A DNA stretch of 64,000 nucleotides from Verrucomicrobiota bacterium (GTDB taxonomy: Bacteria > Verrucomicrobiota > Verrucomicrobiia > Opitutales > Cerasicoccaceae), in NCBI GenBank assembly GCA_039818205.1, contig JBCBUK010000012.1, forward strand, positions 71,239 to 135,238, read 5' to 3'. The translations under genes and the position numbers were made by a program. Each line of letters begins with the position of its first letter. The first letter of the stretch is position 1. The notes beneath the pieces were generated by a model that saw nothing but the letters and a program-made list of their open reading frames with translations, did not search any database and had not been told where the DNA came from. Below are positions 18,887 to 28,548 of the stretch, piece by piece.

Positions 18887-20230
18887 ATGCGAACCCTCTA
18901 CTATCAATGCCCCGCTGGTATCAGCGGTGACATGAATCTCGGCGCCATGGTCGCTCTGGGTGTGGACCCAGCTCGACTGGAAAGTGAACTCCAGAAAATA
19001 TCGCTCGATGGCTGGTCTATCGCGTTTAGCAATGACGTACGCGGTGGGATCACCGGTATCCGCTGCGATGTCGTCCTCGACGAATCGGGGGAGCATTCCC
19101 ACGAGCATGCTCATACCCATACCCATGAGCACAAACATGGAGATCATAGCCACAGTCACGAGCACGAACATGGAGATCATGGCCACTCACATTCCCACGA
19201 TCACGGAGACGGGCATTCTCATAGTCACGGACTTGGGCATCATCATCGGACGTTTCGCGACATCTGTGAAATGATTGAAGCCTCCGAATTGGACAACGCC
19301 ATAAAAGCCGACGCAATTGCTGTTTTTGAATCGCTTGCCAAGGCCGAAGGGGCCGTCCACGGAATGCCGCCCGAAGCGGTACATTTCCACGAGGTTGGGG
19401 CCGTTGACTCGATTATCGATATCGTCGGCGCCGCAATTTGCTGGGAGCTACTAGGGATCGACCAGGTGAGCTGCGGCACCCTCGAGCTTGGTGGCGGAAC
19501 GGTGCAGTGTGCACACGGGCGCATGCCGGTGCCCGCTCCTGCGACCGCTAAGCTCGTGCAAGACTTACCCGTATCCATAGGCGCAACTAACAAGGAGGCA
19601 ACCACGCCGACTGGTGCGGCCCTGCTTGTGGGCAAGAGTGCGCAGTTTGGCCTGAGAATCAGTGGCAAGCAGGTCGCCAATGGCGTCGGCATTGGGCAAC
19701 GCCAAGACCCCAATCTTTCCAACGTCGTTTATGCCTCGATCATTGAGTCCGACGAGGCAACCGACACCCAAGACACCGTAACCGAGTTAGCCGCGAACCT
19801 CGACGACATGACCAGTGAGGCAGTCGCGTTCCTGTGCGATCGCTTGCTGGACGCGGGCGCATTGGACGTTTGGCAAAGCGCCGCGACCTTCAAAAAAGGC
19901 CGCGCCGGGTTTATCGTGCACGCACTCGCTGACTCGCAATCAATTGACACCATTGAGGAAGTCTTTTTCGCCCACAGCACGACTTTGGGCATTCGCCAGC
20001 AAGAGTGGCACCGCGCCAAACTCCAGCGAGAGACCATCGAGGTCGAAACCGAATGGGGCCCGGTGCGCATCAAGCAAGCAATGCGCGATGGCGAGGTCGT
20101 CCGGGTTAAGCCGGAGTTCGAAGACTGCAAGCGGATCGCAGAGGAGCAGGGAATTTCACTGATGCACTTTCAGCAATTGCTGGCATCTCAGTTATTTGAA
20201 TATGTCGATGAGGAGGAAGATGATGGCTGA
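18887..20230 (+). CDS. larC: NPN cofactor nickel insertase LarC (single fused ORF, His-rich insert)
   Basis: GISGDMNLGA, AEGAVHG, VHFHEVGAVDSIIDIVG, AHGRMPVPAPAT, TPTGAA, NLDDM, KKGR, TTLGIR, KPEFEDC. Confidence 0.95.
   Translation: MRTLYYQCPAGISGDMNLGAMVALGVDPARLESELQKISLDGWSIAFSNDVRGGITGIRCDVVLDESGEHSHEHAHTHTHEHKHGDHSHSHEHEHGDHGHSHSHDHGDGHSHSHGLGHHHRTFRDICEMIEASELDNAIKADAIAVFESLAKAEGAVHGMPPEAVHFHEVGAVDSIIDIVGAAICWELLGIDQVSCGTLELGGGTVQCAHGRMPVPAPATAKLVQDLPVSIGATNKEATTPTGAALLVGKSAQFGLRISGKQVANGVGIGQRQDPNLSNVVYASIIESDEATDTQDTVTELAANLDDMTSEAVAFLCDRLLDAGALDVWQSAATFKKGRAGFIVHALADSQSIDTIEEVFFAHSTTLGIRQQEWHRAKLQRETIEVETEWGPVRIKQAMRDGEVVRVKPEFEDCKRIAEEQGISLMHFQQLLASQLFEYVDEEEDDG
19094..19246 (+). 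repeat. Histidine-rich low-complexity tract in LarC (24 His in 51 codons, with HGD-containing repeats)
   Basis: HSHEHAHTHTHEHKHGDHSHSHEHEHGDHGHSHSHDHGDGHSHSHGLGHHH; repeated CATGGAGATCAT at DNA level. Confidence 0.95.
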
Positions 20231-20957
20231 TGTACGATCCATTCTTGAACGCTTGCAAAGCGGCGAGCTGAGCGTCGAACAAGCTACCACCGAACTCCAA
20301 GGCTTCGAAGACCTGGGACATAGCCGCGTTGACCATCAGCGCGAGCAACGCAACGGTGCGCCCGAAGTAATCTTTGGTCAGGGCAAAACACCCGAACAGA
20401 TCGTCGATATCGTCGGAAGCTTATCCGCCCGTGGTTCCAATGTGCTGGTTACTCGAGTTCAGGACGATGCGGTTGAGCCTCTGCTCAAGCAGTTTCCAGG
20501 CGCCAAGCACCATGCGATTGCGCGTCTCGTTTCACTTGAGACCTCCCCACCTGACCGCGCAGCGCACACCATTGCGATGGTTTGCGCCGGGACCTCTGAC
20601 TTGCCGGTCGCCGAAGAAGCGCGATTAACCGCTGAGTTCTACGGCAATCCAGTACTGCAAGTTTATGACGCCGGTGTGGCTGGGCTACACCGGCTGCTCG
20701 CAAGCATTGACCAGATTCGACAGTGCCGAGTCGTGGTCGTGGTTGCCGGGATGGAAGGTGCTCTTCCCAGCGTTGTGGGCGGCCTAGTGGATGCCCCGGT
20801 TATCGCGGTGCCCACGAGCGTCGGATATGGCGCGAATTTTGGTGGGCTTTCAGCCCTCCTCGGTATGCTCAACAGCTGTGCAAGTGGCCTGAGTGTCGTG
20901 AACATCGACAACGGTTTCGGCGCAGGCTATTTAGCCAATCGCATTAACCGCCTGTAG
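20220..20957 (+). CDS. larB: NPN cofactor carboxylase/hydrolase LarB
   Basis: PEVIFGQGKT, AGTSDLPVAEEA, GVAGLHRL, AGMEGALPSV, PTSVGYG, MLNSC, VVNIDNGFGA; overlaps the larC stop. Confidence 0.95.
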   Translation: MMADVRSILERLQSGELSVEQATTELQGFEDLGHSRVDHQREQRNGAPEVIFGQGKTPEQIVDIVGSLSARGSNVLVTRVQDDAVEPLLKQFPGAKHHAIARLVSLETSPPDRAAHTIAMVCAGTSDLPVAEEARLTAEFYGNPVLQVYDAGVAGLHRLLASIDQIRQCRVVVVVAGMEGALPSVVGGLVDAPVIAVPTSVGYGANFGGLSALLGMLNSCASGLSVVNIDNGFGAGYLANRINRL

Positions 20958-21393
20958 CTTGGAGACGCTTCTTAAGAAAGCGGTCTTTGTTTTCAATTTT
21001 CCAAAACTCCCAGCCAAGGTGGTGGTAGAAGCCGACCGCGCGTTTGGTTTCGTCGGTGTAGGTAGTCAGCCAAATTTCCTGATGCCCTTCTGAGGCGAGC
21101 CATTGCTCAACCATGCCGATGAGCTTGCCTCCAATACCGCGACCCTCGTATTCCTCCAGGACGGCTATCACCCACATCTCTCCGGTAGAGCGGTTACCAA
21201 TGGCAAAGCCGACAACCTGACCATCGGTCTCGCATAGCCATCCTTTGTGTGTATCGGTCAACATTTCGGAAACGGAGGCTCGCGTGATGCCCATACTCTC
21301 AAGGTCTTCACGACCAGTTGGAGTACTCCATGTGCGAACCCGCACATCGAAAATTTCTGGCATATCAGCCGAAATGATCTTCCTGAACTCCAT
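20944..21393 (-). CDS. GNAT family N-acetyltransferase
   Basis: AVLEEYEGRGIGGKL acetyl-CoA motif, AVGFYHHLGW. Confidence 0.88.
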   Translation of the reverse strand: MEFRKIISADMPEIFDVRVRTWSTPTGREDLESMGITRASVSEMLTDTHKGWLCETDGQVVGFAIGNRSTGEMWVIAVLEEYEGRGIGGKLIGMVEQWLASEGHQEIWLTTYTDETKRAVGFYHHLGWEFWKIENKDRFLKKRLQATGG

Positions 21394-21479
21394 AGAAACT
21401 TCTGCTATTAAATAGGCATCAATAGTCACTTTGTATCAACATCAATACAAAACGAAGGATGTCAGTGTGATCGAAAAAC

Positions 21480-22484
21480 CTACGCTTTTCGGTGATGGCA
21501 GCAGCTTTCGTAGATCTCGCCGCCGTGCTTCATCGCATAGTCATCGAAGTGCTTGGCGTCGAAGTTCGCCGCAAACTCTTCGCGCTCCAATGGCGTCATC
21601 GGCTTGACCGGTGATGCCGCGACAGCGGCTTCCACGTAGGGCACTTTGTCCATTCCGACGACCTGCGTGCAGACCTCGGGATAGCTCAACGAGTAGCTGA
21701 TGATCTCGCTGATGTTCGTCTTGCCATGGAGCTGAGTACGGCGGCTACCGCCAAAACCCTTCATGCCAAGAACAGCGATATCGTTTTCTTTACAAAGTGG
21801 CATCACGCGCTTCTCAAACTCACGAGATTTCAGCGCGCCGACTATCGAAACGGGCATCAAGGTCGCGTCCCAGTCGTAGCCGCCCTTAATCAAATCGACA
21901 TGAATTTGCGGGTCCGTGTGGCCGGTGAAACCCGTGTAGCGAATCTTGCCCTGCTCCTTGGCGAGGTCGAGCGCAGCCAATGCACCATCGGACTCGTAAG
22001 CACGTTCGGCATCGTCGCCGGAGACATGGTGAAGCATCCACAAATCAATATGGTCAGTCTTCATGCGGCGGAGGGAGTCTTCCAACATCTTCATCGCACC
22101 CGTTTTATCGTCGGAGTACTTACCACTATGGTAGATGCAGAATTTCGTCATGAGGAAGTATTTGTCGCGCGCAAATCGATCGAGTGCGACACCCATATAC
22201 TCCTCGGCCTCGCCTCCGTGGTAATCCCAGGCGTTGTCGTAAAAGTTGATACCGAGGTCCATCGCCTTGTCGACAATATCGTTGGCCTCCGTTTGGGAAC
22301 CCGACAGGTAAAGCGTGTGCCCTCCCAAGCCTACCACGGTCAGTAGGTCATCGTGCTTGCCGAACTTGCGTTTGGGTATCGTGGTTTGCGCGGCGGCATC
22401 GGCCAATGCCTGCCCGGTTGATGCGCCCAAAACAGCGGCGGTTCCTAACGAAGACTTGAGGAAATGACGTCGGGACAAGCTCAT
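21480..22484 (-). CDS. Tat-exported aldo-keto reductase family protein
   Basis: Tat signal SRRHFLK...AxA; FYDNAWDY (Asp/Tyr), LMTK (Lys), SLRRMKTDHIDLWMLH (His), GKIRYTGFTGH; C-terminal CCHH. Confidence 0.9.
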   Translation of the reverse strand: MSLSRRHFLKSSLGTAAVLGASTGQALADAAAQTTIPKRKFGKHDDLLTVVGLGGHTLYLSGSQTEANDIVDKAMDLGINFYDNAWDYHGGEAEEYMGVALDRFARDKYFLMTKFCIYHSGKYSDDKTGAMKMLEDSLRRMKTDHIDLWMLHHVSGDDAERAYESDGALAALDLAKEQGKIRYTGFTGHTDPQIHVDLIKGGYDWDATLMPVSIVGALKSREFEKRVMPLCKENDIAVLGMKGFGGSRRTQLHGKTNISEIISYSLSYPEVCTQVVGMDKVPYVEAAVAASPVKPMTPLEREEFAANFDAKHFDDYAMKHGGEIYESCCHHRKA

Positions 22485-22515
22485 GTCACGAAGTAATGTT
22501 AATCCACCGGATTAG

Positions 22516-22932
22516 TCAACATGAAGCCGCAGGTCGCGTCCCCTTCAACGGAAACAGCTTCGAAAAGAAACTACGGTTCCGGGCGACGACCCAATATCCC
22601 GCTTCAATCATCCAGGCAAACGGTGGAATGTGGTAGTACCAGCGGGCCGCCCAAGACCACTTGGGAGTGCGTTCCAAGGCGACGAGCACTGCCTCACCCG
22701 CTCGAAGGACCCGCCCATGTTCATCCAAATAGTGAACCGCGTAAGACAAGGCTGCCTCATCGAGCTCCGGAAATCGCTCCAACATCTCTTGGTAGGGCGC
22801 GAAGTCGACCCGGCTACCCGTTCGCTGCTGAATCCAAGCCGCACACCGGCAACAGAAGCGACAGTCCCCGTCCCATAGCAAAATGGGGCGCTCGGGCGGA
22901 TTTGCGACGATGGTAGGGAAAACCTGCATCAT
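22516..22932 (-). CDS. DCC1-like thiol-disulfide oxidoreductase (DUF393)
   Basis: LWDGDCRFC motif and Y.VVARNR C-terminal motif. Confidence 0.85.
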   Translation of the reverse strand: MMQVFPTIVANPPERPILLWDGDCRFCCRCAAWIQQRTGSRVDFAPYQEMLERFPELDEAALSYAVHYLDEHGRVLRAGEAVLVALERTPKWSWAARWYYHIPPFAWMIEAGYWVVARNRSFFSKLFPLKGTRPAASC

Positions 22933-23058
22933 ATTAAAAGATGCCACAGAGGCTTCAAAAATTCAAATGAACCATTAATCTACTATCCGAAGATAGGTAT
23001 CACAAGTTTGATCATTGCCCAATTTTTGCATTCACTGGAAATACAGTCCGCAACTCCC

Positions 23059-25368
23059 ATGCACCCCTTTCTCCCGAAAATCTGGACTTGGCTCGCCTCG
23101 ATGAGCGCGGCGGCGCTTGCGCTGGCGCCCGCCGAAACCACTGCTGCTCAAGACGATGCATTTCCGCTGGATGAGCATGGCCATCTAAACTGGTCGGATT
23201 TCCGAGTTTTGATGGCGGAGAACTGTTTCGATTGTCACGGCGGATTTTTGAAGGAAGGTGGCGTTGACCTTTTTGCCATGCGGGAGGAATCCTCAATCGT
23301 CGAAAACCCTGAGCTTTGGGAATCGGTGTCCAAAGCGCTGCGGATTCACTACATGCCACCTGCCGATCACCGCAACTTTCCCACGCACCGCCGAGAAGCG
23401 ATGGTGCGCACCGTCGATGCAGAGTTACTCGCTGCCGCCGAACAAGAACAAGCCGACCACGCGTCGTTGCGTCGCCTCAATCGCAATGAATTTGCCAACA
23501 CCCTGCGCGATCTTCTTTTGGTCGACTATGCGGTCGAAGATGAGCTGCCGCCCGACGACTCAGGCTACGGCTTTGACAACAACGCCGACGTCCTTCCGGT
23601 TTCGCCATTGCTCTTGGAGAAGTATTTGAACGTGGCCGCGGACGTTGGTGAGCGCGCGGTGCCGCTGCCCATTGAGCCGCGCCAGGTTGATGTCTATGGC
23701 ATCGAGATGGCTGGTTACAATGGCACCAACCGCAACAACGCTTATGTGGTGTACTCCGATGAGCAGCGAAGCTCGGCCCGCTACGCGTTCAAACATGTTG
23801 GCCAGGGTGACTACGAGGCGCGCATTTTCCTCGCCGGTCAGCAAGCAGGCGATGAACCCTGCCGTGCCCGGGTTGTGATCAACGGCAAATCGATGGGGGA
23901 TTTCGTAGTCGAGGCCGAGGATATTGAAGACCCCTTGGTCGCCACCGTCCGCTTCACGGTCCGCAATGATCGACCCGCCTATTTCCGTATCGACCTGCTG
24001 AACGACTACTACAACAAAGACGCGCCGGAAGGAGAACCCAATGACCGAAACCTCATCGTAGGAGGCATGGAGATTGAGGGCCCGTTTCAAACCGAAGAAA
24101 ACCTATACACGCCATTCCTGAAACGACATTTCGGGCAGATCCCCAATGAGGCACCCGAGGATGTTCTGCGGGATGGAATCTGGCGATTTGCCAGCCGCGC
24201 CTATCGACGCCCAGCCGCGGCCGAGGAGATCAGCTCGCTCTGGGCCGTTTACACCGAAGAGAATAAACGCACGAACAATCCACGGCGCGCCCTACGCGCC
24301 GTTGTCGATTCAGCACTGTCGTCCCCAAATTTCATTTTTCGCTGGGAGCCCAAGCACTCGCGTGATGAGTTCGCACTGGCGAGTTGGCTCTCTTACTTCA
24401 TCTGGGGATCCATGCCCGACGACCAACTCTTTGACTTGGCCAAGGATGGCAACTTGCGGGCAAACCTGGAGAGTGAGATCAAGCGCATGTTATCCGACCC
24501 ACGGGCGAAGGCATTGACCAATCATTTCGCGGCTCAATGGCTACAGTTTCGCGATCTAGATCAGTCTCATCCGGACCGGAAGAAATATCCACAGTTCAGC
24601 TACGGGCTCCGGCACTCGATGAAACAGGAGACCCAGCGTTTCTTTGAAGACTTGATCAAAAAAGACCGCTCCATCATGCGGGTACTCGATGCCGATTACA
24701 CGTTTGCCAATAAACAGCTCGCCGAATTCTACGGCTTGTCCGAAGCTCCCGAAAAGGGCTTTCAGAAAGTATCGCTTGAAGGCACTCATCGGCGTGGTGT
24801 TTGGAGCCAGGGAAGCGTGCTAATCGTCACCTCGCACGTCGATCGCAGCAGTCCAGTTCTGCGCGGAAAATATATCCTCGAGAATCTCATTGGCATGGAG
24901 CCGCCGCCCCCACCGGCGAACATTCCCTCGCTGAGCACCGCAGCGGAGCAACCCACGCCAAAAGACTTCCGAGACAGCTTGGCAATCCACCGCGACAATC
25001 CCGACTGTGCATCCTGCCACAAGATACTGGACCCGCTCGGCCTCGTCTTGGAAAGCTACGACGGTATTGGTGCGTGGCGCAGCTCGGACGACCACCGAAC
25101 CCGCGAAGTCTTATTCGATGGCACCGAGATTGAACTCCCGAGCCAGTTAGCGGAATACCTGGTGAATGAGCGACAAGATGAGTTCCTGGAAACCTTCGCA
25201 GAAAAGCTCGCGATCTACGCCAGCGGACGTGGACTCGACTGGCGGGACCAACCAGCAATCAACCAGATAGTCACCGACACCGAAGAAAATGACTTTCGCT
25301 TTTCAGCAATCATGACGGCTGTCATCGAGCAATTTGGCCCGGGTATGGAGCCGCCGCCAGCCCGCTGA
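23059..25368 (+). CDS. DUF1592-family (PSD/PSCyt) c-type cytochrome protein with an inserted carbohydrate-binding-like domain
   Basis: Signal peptide; CFDCH and MPP; LRRLNRNEFANT, GYGFDN; NDYY...DRNL insert; LSSPNF, LASWLSYFIWGSMPD, FAAQWL, SSPVLRG, HRDNPDCASCH. Confidence 0.9.
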   Translation: MHPFLPKIWTWLASMSAAALALAPAETTAAQDDAFPLDEHGHLNWSDFRVLMAENCFDCHGGFLKEGGVDLFAMREESSIVENPELWESVSKALRIHYMPPADHRNFPTHRREAMVRTVDAELLAAAEQEQADHASLRRLNRNEFANTLRDLLLVDYAVEDELPPDDSGYGFDNNADVLPVSPLLLEKYLNVAADVGERAVPLPIEPRQVDVYGIEMAGYNGTNRNNAYVVYSDEQRSSARYAFKHVGQGDYEARIFLAGQQAGDEPCRARVVINGKSMGDFVVEAEDIEDPLVATVRFTVRNDRPAYFRIDLLNDYYNKDAPEGEPNDRNLIVGGMEIEGPFQTEENLYTPFLKRHFGQIPNEAPEDVLRDGIWRFASRAYRRPAAAEEISSLWAVYTEENKRTNNPRRALRAVVDSALSSPNFIFRWEPKHSRDEFALASWLSYFIWGSMPDDQLFDLAKDGNLRANLESEIKRMLSDPRAKALTNHFAAQWLQFRDLDQSHPDRKKYPQFSYGLRHSMKQETQRFFEDLIKKDRSIMRVLDADYTFANKQLAEFYGLSEAPEKGFQKVSLEGTHRRGVWSQGSVLIVTSHVDRSSPVLRGKYILENLIGMEPPPPPANIPSLSTAAEQPTPKDFRDSLAIHRDNPDCASCHKILDPLGLVLESYDGIGAWRSSDDHRTREVLFDGTEIELPSQLAEYLVNERQDEFLETFAEKLAIYASGRGLDWRDQPAINQIVTDTEENDFRFSAIMTAVIEQFGPGMEPPPAR

Positions 25369-25422
25369 TTTATTCCTTTTATTCCCAGCCCAAAGCGTTA
25401 AACTACCAATCAGGACAAAGCC

Positions 25423-26793
25423 ATGAGCACGGACCAACCATCGACTCCCCTTCCCCGCCGAGCATTCCTCCGTAACCTTGGCGTATCGATTGCCTTGCCC
25501 ATGCTATCCTCGATGCCCAGTCGGCTGTTGGCAGAGGCTACTCCCTTGGTAAAACCGGTTGGAGTAACCCCGGATGGCACCCCACTTCGAATGGCTTTTG
25601 TGTATCATCCCAACGGCGTGATACCGAGCACGTGGTATCCCGAAACGACCGGCAAGCTCGATGTCCTACCGCCGACTCTAGAACCGCTAAAAGAGCTCAC
25701 TAATTCCGTCCGCGTGATCTCGGGACTAAATCATGAGAAAGCGGAAGCCAATGGCGATGGCGCCGGCGACCACGCCCGCGCGAACGCAACCTTCCTCACT
25801 GGTATGCAGGCAAAGAAAACCGGCGGCCAAGACATTCGCATTGGAACTTCCATTGATCAGATCGTCGCCCGCGAGCTAGACGGCATCACGCCCCTGTCCT
25901 CCATGGAGCTTTCGTGCAGTGGCCAACGCACCACGGGATCGTGCGACAGCGGATACAGTTGCGCCTACCAGTATAACCTTTCCTGGCGCAACCCAAACAC
26001 ACCCAACCCGCCCGAAAGCAATCCGCGCGCGGCGTTTGAACGTCTATTTGGAGACAGCGATCCCAACGAGAAGCGCCGCATTCTAGAACGGTGGGCGAGA
26101 CGCCAAAGCGTGCTCGATGGAGTGCGTGACGACGCCCGGACTCTTTACCGACAGGTATCGGCGGAAGACCGCGATAAACTCGCCGCCTACCTCGATGCTG
26201 TTCGCGCCGTTGAACAACGCGTCGAAGCCGTCAGCGCCACGCCAGACCCACCCGAGCATGTTGAAGCACCGCGCGGAATTCCCGGTGCCTACTCGGAGTA
26301 CCTCGACGTCATGTATGAGATGATGGCCATCGCCTTCGAGACGGATATGACCCGCGTTACCACCTTTATGTTGGCACACGATGGCAGCAACCGCACCTTC
26401 CCGGAGATTGATGTCCGCAGCGGCCACCACCAGTTGTCCCACCACAAGAACGAGGCCGATAAAATCGAGCAACTCAAGAAGATTGACCGATTCTACGTCG
26501 ATGCCTACGCCCGCTTCCTAAAGCGCATGCGCGATACCAAAGACGTCTCAGGAAAGAGCCTTTTAGACTCCTCAATCATCGTCTATGGCGGTGGTATTCG
26601 AGATGGAAACAAACACGACCACGGTGACCTGCCCGTCCTCTTGTCCGGCGGCGGCGGCGGAACGATCCAAGGCGGCGACCACTTTGACGCCCAAGGCGTG
26701 CCAATGTGCAACCTCTACGTCGAACTCGCCCAACGTATGGGCGTTAACATCGACTCCTTCGGTGACAGCTCCGGTCGTCTGGGCCAGGCGTAG
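25423..26793 (+). CDS. DUF1552 (HxxSHH) family protein, Tat-like signal
   Basis: RRAFLR, PNGV, SIDQ, CDSGYSCAY, NPRAAFERLFG, HHQLSHH, GNKHDH; follows the DUF1592 gene, the usual arrangement. Confidence 0.92.
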   Translation: MSTDQPSTPLPRRAFLRNLGVSIALPMLSSMPSRLLAEATPLVKPVGVTPDGTPLRMAFVYHPNGVIPSTWYPETTGKLDVLPPTLEPLKELTNSVRVISGLNHEKAEANGDGAGDHARANATFLTGMQAKKTGGQDIRIGTSIDQIVARELDGITPLSSMELSCSGQRTTGSCDSGYSCAYQYNLSWRNPNTPNPPESNPRAAFERLFGDSDPNEKRRILERWARRQSVLDGVRDDARTLYRQVSAEDRDKLAAYLDAVRAVEQRVEAVSATPDPPEHVEAPRGIPGAYSEYLDVMYEMMAIAFETDMTRVTTFMLAHDGSNRTFPEIDVRSGHHQLSHHKNEADKIEQLKKIDRFYVDAYARFLKRMRDTKDVSGKSLLDSSIIVYGGGIRDGNKHDHGDLPVLLSGGGGGTIQGGDHFDAQGVPMCNLYVELAQRMGVNIDSFGDSSGRLGQA

Positions 26794-26812
26794 ACCCAAC
26801 TGTTTGTTTGGA

Positions 26813-27607
26813 CTAGCTCAAGAACGCAGTGAGCGGACTCGTGGCCTGGGCAGTGGTTGACTGTGCGCCGAGGCCAACTTCGTAGGCAGCGCGGCCCGAA
26901 TCGACTGCAACCGCAAAGGCTTGGGCCATCTTAACGGGGTCACTGGCGACCGCGATCGCGGTGTTCACCAGAACCGCATCCGCCCCCATTTCCAAGGCGG
27001 CTGCTGCATGCGAAGGCGCACCAATACCGGCATCAACCACAACGGGTACGCGTGCTTGTTCAATAATGATCTCAATCTGCGCACGGGTTTCGAGCCCACG
27101 GTTGCTACCAATGGGCGCGCCCAACGGCATGACCGTCGCGCAGCCAACATCTTGTAAGCGGGCAGCTAGAACCGGATCGGCATTGATGTAGGGCATGACC
27201 GTCCAGCCTTCTTTGACCAAAATTTCTGCTGCTTTAAGCGTCTCAATCGGATCTGGTAACAAATAGTTGGGATCGGGGTGGATTTCGAGCTTAACCCATT
27301 GAGGCAAACCAGCCGCGGCTGACAGGCGTGCAAGCCGAACCGCTTCTTCCGCATTCATCGCACCCGCAGTATTTGGTAATAGCAGGTAGCGTTCTGGCTC
27401 AAGAAAGTCGAGGATGTCCGCATAGGGGTCTGCTTCGCTAGAAAGGTTCGCCCGCTTAAGCGCAACAGTCACCAAACCGGTTCCACTGGCGCGGATCGCA
27501 TCGCGCATGGACTCGTTCGACGAAAATTTTCCGGTTCCCACGAGCAGGCGGCTCGGAAACTCTTTTCCGGCAATGATGAGCGGTTCTTTGGATAATGGGT
27601 CCGTCAT
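26813..27607 (-). CDS. thiG: Thiazole synthase
   Basis: [51 protein letters not shown]. Confidence 0.97.
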   Translation of the reverse strand: MTDPLSKEPLIIAGKEFPSRLLVGTGKFSSNESMRDAIRASGTGLVTVALKRANLSSEADPYADILDFLEPERYLLLPNTAGAMNAEEAVRLARLSAAAGLPQWVKLEIHPDPNYLLPDPIETLKAAEILVKEGWTVMPYINADPVLAARLQDVGCATVMPLGAPIGSNRGLETRAQIEIIIEQARVPVVVDAGIGAPSHAAAALEMGADAVLVNTAIAVASDPVKMAQAFAVAVDSGRAAYEVGLGAQSTTAQATSPLTAFLS

Positions 27608-27740
27608 GGCAATTTGGCATCTGACCGCAGATCGCGCGGCGGGTCAAGCCCACCTCAATGAATCTTTCGCAAGCACCGCACGAGAAACAAATCTGCCTTT
27701 TCCATTGCGAAGGGAATCATGGCTCACAAACTATACGTTA

Positions 27741-28541
27741 GTGAATTCCCTAAAGTTGACCTATCGTTATTTTGGCGGTGAGGGAAAGCCGCCGCTCATT
27801 TTGATTCATGGCCTCCTTGGCTCGTCCCGCAACTGGACAAGTGCCGGCCGATTGTTGGCTGAGCACTACGAGGTCTTTGCCGTCGACCTGCGAAACCACG
27901 GCGACTCACCCCACGCCGATTCGATGAGTTTTGATGACCTGGCGGCAGACATCGTCGGTTTCATGGACGAGCATGGATTGCACGGGGCTCATTTGTTGGG
28001 TCACAGCCTCGGCGGCAAAACCGCCATGCGGGTGGCTGTTGATAACCCGGCGCGCATCGAAAGCCTGGTGGTCGTCGACATCGCCCCGCGTTTATATCCG
28101 CCATATCACCAACGCGATTTCGATGCGCTCAATGCCCTGCCCTTGCGTGAGCTAACGAGCCGCAAGGATGCCGAAGAACGCCTGACGGAGAGCATTCCCG
28201 ATTGGGCCCAGCGGCAGTTTCTCCTCACCAACCTGGAGCGACAGGACGACGGATCGTTCCAATGGATAATCAACCTGCGGGCGCTTACGGACCAGCGCGA
28301 CGCCATGCGGTCAAATCCACTGGAAGCCGACGAGACCTTCGACGGTGCCACGACTTTTATCCTCGGCGGACGCTCCCGCTTTGTGCTGCCTGAAGACTGG
28401 CCAACCATTACCCAGTACTTTCCAAAGGCTCGCATTGAGGTGATCGACGAATCCGGCCACAATCCGCACATTGAAAAGCGCGATCAATTCCTGGAAACAC
28501 TCGATCGCCACCGCGCCGCCGACTGGGGCGCTAGTGTTTAG
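27741..28541 (+). CDS. Alpha/beta hydrolase (YbfF/ABHD11-like esterase)
   Basis: IHGLLGS..NW, DLRNHGDSPH, GHSLGGK, VVDIAP, FLLTNL, SGHNPH; start approximate (GTG). Confidence 0.9.
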   Translation: MNSLKLTYRYFGGEGKPPLILIHGLLGSSRNWTSAGRLLAEHYEVFAVDLRNHGDSPHADSMSFDDLAADIVGFMDEHGLHGAHLLGHSLGGKTAMRVAVDNPARIESLVVVDIAPRLYPPYHQRDFDALNALPLRELTSRKDAEERLTESIPDWAQRQFLLTNLERQDDGSFQWIINLRALTDQRDAMRSNPLEADETFDGATTFILGGRSRFVLPEDWPTITQYFPKARIEVIDESGHNPHIEKRDQFLETLDRHRAADWGASV

Positions 28542-28548
28542 GAGGGGG

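Noticed and set aside
27608..27740. TPP riboswitch upstream of thiG
   Set aside because: The short divergent intergenic region lacks the aptamer signatures.
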